DNA of 54,411 bases from positions 1,355 through 55,765 of the forward strand of contig CAZHYZ010000003.1 of the NCBI GenBank assembly GCA_964537195.1, written 5' to 3'. Positions 47,731 through 54,411 of the stretch are shown here, one piece after another. Below the pieces are notes generated by a model, which saw only the letters and a program-made list of their open reading frames with translations, had not been told where the DNA came from and searched no databases. Source of the DNA: an uncultured Methanosarcinales archaeon. GTDB taxonomy: Archaea > Nanobdellota > Nanobdellia > Woesearchaeales > GW2011-AR15. Both the position numbers and the translations under genes were made by a program. Position 1 is the first letter of the stretch. The number at the start of each line of letters is the position of its first letter.

Positions 47731-48657
47731 TTAATTGGTAAATTGCCAGTTTTCTATTTCAGTATAAAGTTCTTCTTTTGATTGTACAGATCTCATGTTC
47801 TGAGCCAGTTCTGATAATCCCATGACCTGTTCTGTCCAAGTAGCAAAATCATTTTTATTCTCATTAACATGATGTTCAAATGTTTCAGAATCCATGTTCC
47901 TAAGCTCTGTTGCCAGCTCATTTAAATTCCTTAGTGTAGTGCCATTCTTAAGAATAAAGTGCTTTTCTGGATGCGGACTAGCATTAAAATGCAACTTCTT
48001 GAAAGTTTTTTTCAATGCCCTAATATTGTTTTCTATAAATATCTCTTTAGAAGCAAGTTCATCTTCAAGTCTTTCTTTATTAAGTTGTAGTTTCTGCCAT
48101 TCTATCTCTAGATTCTGGAGTTCCTCAAGCTTCCTAACAAGGTCCTTTTTCATCCCTTTGTTCAAAACAGTGTTCTGTAATTCCTGTTTTTTATCTTTCC
48201 AAAACCCATGCATTTCACTCATAAGATTCTTCTTAAGAAGTTTTTCAGGCAATTCACTATGAAGATATTTATCTTCTCTATCTAAATGTTGATATAATTT
48301 TTCAAAAAAAGACCCACTAATTGGAGCATTACTCAATTGTTGTTGTTCTGATGTTTTTTCAGGTTTAGGTAGTTCAGGTCCATCCGGTTCTGGCTTTTCA
48401 ATTTTTGGTTTAATAATGGTGGGAGGAGGATTAACTTTTGTCCTAAGAACAGGAAGCTCCTTTTTCTCTTTTATTTCCTCTATCTCTTCTTTTTCAACTA
48501 GGCGTTTAGAAATATTGGGCAACTCCCTTATTTTAACACTTGGTTTGGGAGGAGATAATTCTTTAGGTTTATCCTGTTTTGTCTCAATTTTATTGTCTTT
48601 TTTCTTAAATGGATTCAGAAATCCCAAGTCAAGATATAAGTTCTTAAATAATCCCAT
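47731..48657 (-). CDS. Cytoplasmic coiled-coil protein with C-terminal DUF5752-like domain
   Basis: P/K/E-rich linker, heptad region, HFILKNG..LRNLNEL...FEHHVNENKNDFATW. Confidence 0.8.
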   Translation of the reverse strand: MGLFKNLYLDLGFLNPFKKKDNKIETKQDKPKELSPPKPSVKIRELPNISKRLVEKEEIEEIKEKKELPVLRTKVNPPPTIIKPKIEKPEPDGPELPKPEKTSEQQQLSNAPISGSFFEKLYQHLDREDKYLHSELPEKLLKKNLMSEMHGFWKDKKQELQNTVLNKGMKKDLVRKLEELQNLEIEWQKLQLNKERLEDELASKEIFIENNIRALKKTFKKLHFNASPHPEKHFILKNGTTLRNLNELATELRNMDSETFEHHVNENKNDFATWTEQVMGLSELAQNMRSVQSKEELYTEIENWQFTN

Positions 48658-48745
48658 TTCCCCGTCTATTTAAAAAATAATATTAGAGTTTATATATTTT
48701 TCTACAGAAGAAACTTATTAATACTATTTATTATAAATAAATAAT

Positions 48746-49573
48746 ATGAAGAAAATAATATGTCCACAATGCGAAGAAGAAACAAGAGATAAGAAATATT
48801 GTGATAATTGCGGATTTCTCTTAAAAAAAAGAAAATGGCCATTCATATTATTGGTATTGCTCCTCATATTATACTTTGTTTTTTCTAACATTGTCTTATA
48901 TGTTGAAGTTCCTCAGAAAAGAATGTTGGAAGAAGAATTTCAAATAGAAAGAGAAGTAACTGTATCTCAACCAATAAAAAGAAATGTATGTAAGAACAGG
49001 AGTTTTAGATTCTCCACCTTTGGCGGAACTGTCGATTCTATAGGCAATAGTGCAAGACCAAATCTCAGGATAACTAATAAAGAAGAGAAATGGGGATTAT
49101 TCAAAGTAAATTTTTCTTTTATTGATGAAGAATTGTTTCCCTATGATATTTATGGAGGACAAAACTTGAAAAGTTCCCTAGCAGAGGGATCCATCAGTTA
49201 TGATGATGCTTCTTTCTATAGCAACACATATGTATTTTATCTTGGACCTGGTGAACAAATTAATGTTAATGAAGGAACAAATAAACCTGATCCAACCAAA
49301 AAATATTGGGCTATTGCTTATATTGAAGAACCTCAGATTGAAGAATGTTCTCAGATAACAGAATATGTAAATAAGACTGAAAACAGAACGTTTACAGAAA
49401 CAAGAAGTGTTGAAAGAGAGATTAAAATAAAAGAATACAGATCATTGCTTAAGATTATGAAGATTAATAATTTTATGGAATGGATAATCTTGTGCGTCCT
49501 ATTTCTTTTAATTATTTTATTAATACAAAAAATCAGATACAAATTAGATAAGCTCAATATAGAAAGAGACTGA
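48746..49573 (+). CDS. Zinc-ribbon membrane protein with two TMs
   Basis: CPQC...YCDNCG followed by a TM, a ~190-aa loop and a second TM. Confidence 0.75.
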   Translation: MKKIICPQCEEETRDKKYCDNCGFLLKKRKWPFILLVLLLILYFVFSNIVLYVEVPQKRMLEEEFQIEREVTVSQPIKRNVCKNRSFRFSTFGGTVDSIGNSARPNLRITNKEEKWGLFKVNFSFIDEELFPYDIYGGQNLKSSLAEGSISYDDASFYSNTYVFYLGPGEQINVNEGTNKPDPTKKYWAIAYIEEPQIEECSQITEYVNKTENRTFTETRSVEREIKIKEYRSLLKIMKINNFMEWIILCVLFLLIILLIQKIRYKLDKLNIERD

Positions 49574-52015
49574 GCCACTACCAAGTTTATAATTTTTCAA
49601 AGATGGGGGGACTCTGATTTCGTAATCATAAACACCATATTTTCCCTGTAATGTCTGGTTTTTCTGAGTAACAAATAATATATCCTGTGAACCATTATAC
49701 TCTGTATTCCCATCACTCTTATCCCAGAGTATCCCTGTGAAAAAATTTTTGTTATCTGTTGAATTAAAGATAGGTATATCCTTTATAATCTTATTATATA
49801 TCAAAAGGGATGCTGTCTTAACTGGCTGGCTGTTTTCTGTATATGTGTTATTTATACTATCTGTAAAGCTATCCATGCTCAAATTCACATCTGCTTCATG
49901 AAAGTCTTCAATTGAACTTTCATTACTTGTGTTTCTGCCAAGAGCCTGTAGATTCAGCCAATCAATGCTCGAACCTGTCTCCACCACATAAATATTTGCT
50001 TCTGTCTGGTCTTTCCAAGTATACTGTGGTTTGTTTGCTGAATCTGAAATTGCAATATTTGAAGACAAATTACCATAATAAAAGTGCCATGCAGGCAAAA
50101 AGAATAACCTTGTTTCTGACACATTATAATTATTATATCTGGTATTATCATAACAACCGATCTTCCAGTAATATTTTCCGGCATCAAGAGTCAAATTAAA
50201 TTCCTGCTGAACAAATTTTCCTGGGTTATTCATTGTCTTATTTATTTGTCCATTCAAGAAAACACTACAATTTTGAACACCTGAATGATCAGAAACATTA
50301 AATATTATCTTGATAGGATTTGTCATTTCTTGATTATTCAGAGGACTAAACAAAGTTATCTCTGGTTTTATTTGGTCTACCACACTTATGTTTGTTATTG
50401 TATCACTATCTTTGTTCTCAAGAACAACAACATCAGTATCACATGATGCATTTACAGTAATGTTGGAAAGACCTCCGCTGACTGCAGAAAAATTCCATGA
50501 AACAAATAAGGTATCATACACTTCAATATTACCTAAACTGAGTGTTGCCTGCTCACCTGAAAAAAGTTCTGCAATATTATCTGAAAAAGAAACAGTTGCA
50601 TAACAGGCAGTTCCATTATTGCCAAGAAGTTGGATAGATGCATTAACATTGAAGACATCGGAGATATTATATAGAGTATTATTTCCAGGAACAATTATTG
50701 TCACATTTGTTTCCGATGATCTTTCATCTTGCATAGTAACATTAACTCTGGTGGTGGTGCTAAGCAGATTTGAATTTTTTTCGCCATAATGAGTAAAGTT
50801 CCATGCTCTAACTGTAATAGAATCTCCATCATGACCATATATGTCTGCAGAATATGCTCCTTTGTACTGTGGAATGGGGGGAGCATAAACCTCTGTTAAA
50901 ACTGATTCTCCATTTACATTATTTATTATTCGGACAGGTATTCCATTTTCTGCTCTTGTTATATTATCTGAATAATATATATATCCTATTACTGAATGTG
51001 GTTCTGGAACACCCTCTCCAGATTCACCATAGCCAGGATCAGCTTTAGTTAATATGAAAGAATATTCTTCTCCTGGTGTCAAATCTTGAATCTTGTTCCA
51101 TGTCCCAAGACATTCTTGCTGTGAAAAATTCCAATCGGCACATTTATACAATGAATCTCCCTGTGCAATGCTTGTAACAACAGCATCTGTAAAGTCTAAT
51201 TTTGAAGGATCTATTGCATAAGATTTAACAAACCCTTGTTGGGATATATCCTCAACACCAAATTCAAATGTGTCTTTAATCTGGAGGTTATTAAATTTGA
51301 TTTTCTTTATATTATTAATATCAGGTGTTAATTCTACTTCAAAAGACTCATTCTCGTAGAAGGTTTCCTCTGCTAACTGATTTATGTTTTTTGATGCTAC
51401 TAAAGAATTTCCTTTATAGAACTTTAAAGTTGCATCCACTTTCTTTTTCTTACTATCTTCAATTTCAAACCTTTTTTCTTTTTTTACTGAAAAAGAGTAA
51501 TATACTTTCTCTTCATTATCCTCAATCAACACAACTTCATAATCCCCTGTTTTCTTTGGAGTAAAAATAAAAGGAATATTTGCTTGATAATAGGTTACAT
51601 GAGATTTATCAACCATAATCCTAAGACTATAATCTTCACTGCTAGGATTAAAATAAAGACTAACTTTCTCTCCCACTGAATAAGTCTTTTTATCAGAGAA
51701 AAGTGTATCCTGTGACAACTCTGAATAAACATAGAAGGATTTATTGTCAACTAAATCTAATGTTTTTGTATTGTAAAGCTCAATAATATGGACACCTGTC
51801 TGCTGTGGTCTAAACAAAAGTTCATTTGAAGATAAATCCAGAAACCTATAAACATTAGTAGGAGATATTATTGATAATGAATAGCCTTCTGTTTCTTGAA
51901 CAGATACTCTAACTATTTCATCTACTCTATATGTGTTCCTATTTATAGATATTTCATCAATTGCAATAACAAGAGGAATAATCAATACTAAAACCACAAA
52001 GATTATCTTTTTCAT
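49544..52015 (-). CDS. Secreted mosaic protein: giant-like N-terminus, shared middle module, C-terminal family-A (A3) domain
   Basis: YAIDPSKLDF...KCADWNF...DPGYGE is shared with the giant. GAYSA...VRAWNFT is shared with the 581-aa protein. Ends WHFYYGNLSS...YDYEIRVP...VSFYIELI. Confidence 0.87.
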   Translation of the reverse strand: MKKIIFVVLVLIIPLVIAIDEISINRNTYRVDEIVRVSVQETEGYSLSIISPTNVYRFLDLSSNELLFRPQQTGVHIIELYNTKTLDLVDNKSFYVYSELSQDTLFSDKKTYSVGEKVSLYFNPSSEDYSLRIMVDKSHVTYYQANIPFIFTPKKTGDYEVVLIEDNEEKVYYSFSVKKEKRFEIEDSKKKKVDATLKFYKGNSLVASKNINQLAEETFYENESFEVELTPDINNIKKIKFNNLQIKDTFEFGVEDISQQGFVKSYAIDPSKLDFTDAVVTSIAQGDSLYKCADWNFSQQECLGTWNKIQDLTPGEEYSFILTKADPGYGESGEGVPEPHSVIGYIYYSDNITRAENGIPVRIINNVNGESVLTEVYAPPIPQYKGAYSADIYGHDGDSITVRAWNFTHYGEKNSNLLSTTTRVNVTMQDERSSETNVTIIVPGNNTLYNISDVFNVNASIQLLGNNGTACYATVSFSDNIAELFSGEQATLSLGNIEVYDTLFVSWNFSAVSGGLSNITVNASCDTDVVVLENKDSDTITNISVVDQIKPEITLFSPLNNQEMTNPIKIIFNVSDHSGVQNCSVFLNGQINKTMNNPGKFVQQEFNLTLDAGKYYWKIGCYDNTRYNNYNVSETRLFFLPAWHFYYGNLSSNIAISDSANKPQYTWKDQTEANIYVVETGSSIDWLNLQALGRNTSNESSIEDFHEADVNLSMDSFTDSINNTYTENSQPVKTASLLIYNKIIKDIPIFNSTDNKNFFTGILWDKSDGNTEYNGSQDILFVTQKNQTLQGKYGVYDYEIRVPPSLKNYKLGSGSVSFYIELI

Positions 52016-54153
52016 ATTAAATCTCTAATTATATTAATTGTTTTAATTGAATCATCAATCTTCTCATTAAGTTCTATTTTGAAAAGAGGCGCTTCAGGAG
52101 ACAAGTTAGCTGTATAGTTATATAACTCAACAAACAAACTAGCAAGGAAGGGATTTTTTATCTTTGTCTTTGTGCTGGATTTCAAGACAGCTTTTGTAAA
52201 TGTCCCCTCAATTCCAAACATCTTCCTAAAAAACTCCTGTAATGTATTTATGTAATTTTCAGATATTTTCTTCTTGTTCTGTAGATTAAAGTTTTCCTGT
52301 CTTACTTTATGTAGATTATTTATTGTGTCTATTATTATAGAAACATAATTCTCTGGCAGGTTGTTTGGCAAGAATCTAAATAATTTTGCTAAATCTTTAT
52401 TAAAACCAATTTTATCTTTCCTATATCTCATTCTCACCAAATGCAATATTATTAAGAAGACAAAAATAGGAACTCCCAGCACAAAATACTTCTTAGCATT
52501 TTTAATGGAGGAGAATATTCTACATGAATCACATGGACCTCCACAATCTGTCAAGATCTCTCCTTGATTTCTTATACCATCATGGCAAGTCATGCAACTT
52601 TTACATGGTCCTCCGCAATCAACTCCTTCTTCCCCTTGATTCATAATCCCATCATTACATGTTGGGCAAGGCTCACAAGGACCTCCACAATCCACACCAG
52701 TTTCATTTTGGTTTTGTCTGAAATCATTACATGTAGCTTCAACACAAATATTGTCAAAACAAACATGACTCTTACAATCTGTGTGATACAAACAATTTTT
52801 CCCAGATTCGCAAGCATAACAAACACCGCCACAATCAATATCTGTTTCATCTTGATTTAAGAGTGCATCAAAACATGATGGACAGGGTTCACATGGTCCT
52901 CCACAATCTACACCCTCTTCTCCTTGATTCATAATCCCATCATTACATGTTGGGCAAGGCTCACAAGGACCTCCACAATCCACACCTTCTTCTCCTTGGT
53001 TTTTTATGTTATCGTCACAATTAGCATCATAATCACATTCTTCAGATTCTATAATTTTTTTACTTTCATTATTACAGTTATTAATGTCACGACATTCTCT
53101 TACTTTGATGTTTGTAGGAAGGCATTCTGACCACTCTTCACACCTTATCTTAACTTCACATTTTTCAATAACACTCTGTCTTTGAAAAAGATCAAAGGTG
53201 TCTTCCTCTGTAGCAAGTCTAACTGTAAATGGCTTACTAAGAGTTCTGGCTCCCGATGGATCTTTTGCTTCTATTCTAATATGTTGTTTTATATATATTT
53301 CAGCAATTCTCTCTAAAGAAAAATCTCCAAGTAAATTTGTGTTTACAGTTATTATCTTTGATTCATTTATTAGATTTTCAGGTTTATTCTCTTCAATAAA
53401 ATAAGTTTTAAATTCCAGATTGTCTCCATCAGGATCATATACATAATCGTATATGTTGAATAATATTCCTTTTGTATTATTACCAACAACTATGCTTGGA
53501 GGATCATATTTGAAGTATGGGGGCCTATTTCTTTCACCTACTGAGACTATCCATTCATATGAGCTGTTCATCTTCCGACTATCTTTTGCAACAGCTGTAA
53601 TGTAATGTGTACCCGATGAAGTAAAATTAGTCCTAAATATGTATTTCTGGGTTTCTTCTTTTAATATTCTATCACTATGATACCATTCATACTCCAACTT
53701 ATTAGTAGATGTTGTGGCATTTATTGTAAATATTATGTATTCTGTTTCTTGAATCCTAATCTGCTTCTTATTTGGCTCATAATTAGTGATAACTGGTTTG
53801 TCATATACTATTATGTCAAGTCTCTCAATATCAAAACATCCTTTTGGCGTTGTGACAATAATAAAGACTGAATGTCTGCCAACATCCTCATGTGTTGGAT
53901 TTAAATCAATTATTCCTGTTTTTTTATCAATATCAAAGTCCATAGAAATATTGATTGGAGCCCAAGAATAAGTAACTGTTTTAGTTGAGTTTATGAAATA
54001 GATAAAGTTCTCATCTTCATTCAAAACCATACTATTAGGAATATCTAAATCTGGTACATCTCCAGGTAGACACCTTTCCTGAGCATTCACTAGTGATATG
54101 ATAGTTATAAATAATAAAATCCAAATCATCCTCTTTTTTTCTACTAATTTCAT
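52012..54153 (-). CDS. Single-pass membrane protein with cadherin/PKD-like Ig domains and six Cys-rich DCGG repeats
   Basis: Signal peptide, DPDGDNL Ig motif, CEEWSEC (TSP1-like), repeated CxDGIxNQGEEGVDCGGPCxPC, TM and a helical cytoplasmic tail. Confidence 0.85.
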   Translation of the reverse strand: MKLVEKKRMIWILLFITIISLVNAQERCLPGDVPDLDIPNSMVLNEDENFIYFINSTKTVTYSWAPINISMDFDIDKKTGIIDLNPTHEDVGRHSVFIIVTTPKGCFDIERLDIIVYDKPVITNYEPNKKQIRIQETEYIIFTINATTSTNKLEYEWYHSDRILKEETQKYIFRTNFTSSGTHYITAVAKDSRKMNSSYEWIVSVGERNRPPYFKYDPPSIVVGNNTKGILFNIYDYVYDPDGDNLEFKTYFIEENKPENLINESKIITVNTNLLGDFSLERIAEIYIKQHIRIEAKDPSGARTLSKPFTVRLATEEDTFDLFQRQSVIEKCEVKIRCEEWSECLPTNIKVRECRDINNCNNESKKIIESEECDYDANCDDNIKNQGEEGVDCGGPCEPCPTCNDGIMNQGEEGVDCGGPCEPCPSCFDALLNQDETDIDCGGVCYACESGKNCLYHTDCKSHVCFDNICVEATCNDFRQNQNETGVDCGGPCEPCPTCNDGIMNQGEEGVDCGGPCKSCMTCHDGIRNQGEILTDCGGPCDSCRIFSSIKNAKKYFVLGVPIFVFLIILHLVRMRYRKDKIGFNKDLAKLFRFLPNNLPENYVSIIIDTINNLHKVRQENFNLQNKKKISENYINTLQEFFRKMFGIEGTFTKAVLKSSTKTKIKNPFLASLFVELYNYTANLSPEAPLFKIELNEKIDDSIKTINIIRDLI
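52634..52986. repeat. Exact 65-bp direct repeat (52634-52698 and 52922-52986)
   Basis: CCTTGATTCATAATCCCATCATTACATGTTGGGCAAGGCTCACAAGGACCTCCACAATCCACACC occurs twice, 288 bp apart. Confidence 0.9.
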
Positions 54154-54410
54154 GGTATTTCCGTATACAAAGAAACCGTAGCTTGATTGGGTCCTTTGTA
54201 TAGTTTTAAATTTGCAGGAATCTTAAGTTCGTAATCATAGATACCAAGCCTGCCCTGCTGATTAACATTAGCTGAAGTAACAAATACTAAATCTTGGCTA
54301 CCATCATATTCTGTGTTCCCATCACTCTTATCCCACAGAATTCCGGTCCTGAAGTTGCCGGTCAAGGCATCCGTCGCGCGCGCCCGCTCGATGGTCGTGT
54401 TCGTTATCCC
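54150..54410 (-). CDS. Partial (5'-truncated) protein ending in a family-A3 domain
   Basis: Frame is open to the window edge. TGILWDKSDGNTEYDGSQDLVFVT...YDYELKIP...VSLYTE closely matches the C-terminus of the 823-aa protein. Confidence 0.8.
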   Translation of the reverse strand, partial: GITNTTIERARATDALTGNFRTGILWDKSDGNTEYDGSQDLVFVTSANVNQQGRLGIYDYELKIPANLKLYKGPNQATVSLYTEIP

Positions 54411-54411
54411 T

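Noticed and set aside
47894..48673. Plus-strand 122-aa and 85-aa ORFs
   Set aside because: Antisense shadows of the K/E-rich 308-aa gene.

Overview
This is a low-GC archaeal chromosomal segment. It carries eS6, eL15, ScpA, TATA-type promoters and a BHB-intron tRNA, and the gene style suggests a DPANN lineage such as Woesearchaeota/Nanoarchaeota (inference). The first 3.5 kb is housekeeping: radC, rps6e with a C-terminal HhH fusion, rpl15e, a tRNA-Val(TAC) with two introns, a 29-aa acidic micro-ORF and scpA. The remaining ~51 kb is mostly a minus-strand cell-surface locus. It contains (1) seven copies of an unrecognised secreted domain ('family A', ending in YYFYxEL or a variant), with an A1->A2 gene pair present twice; (2) three copies of a second secreted Cys-containing module ('family B'); (3) mosaic proteins that join shared passenger modules to a C-terminal A or B domain; (4) a 6406-aa giant adhesin-like protein with nested DUF2341, PA14, DNRLRE, Gly-rich, FN3 and Ig modules and no membrane anchor; (5) membrane proteins with Cys-rich ectodomains or DUF5752/TPR cytoplasmic tails; and (6) a Ser/His signal peptidase, a GT2-TPR glycosyltransferase and several regulators. 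The best hypothesis is an undescribed modular surface fibre or attachment apparatus. No CRISPR array, transposase, integrase or reverse transcriptase was seen. All domain names come from motif recognition by eye, not from database searches.
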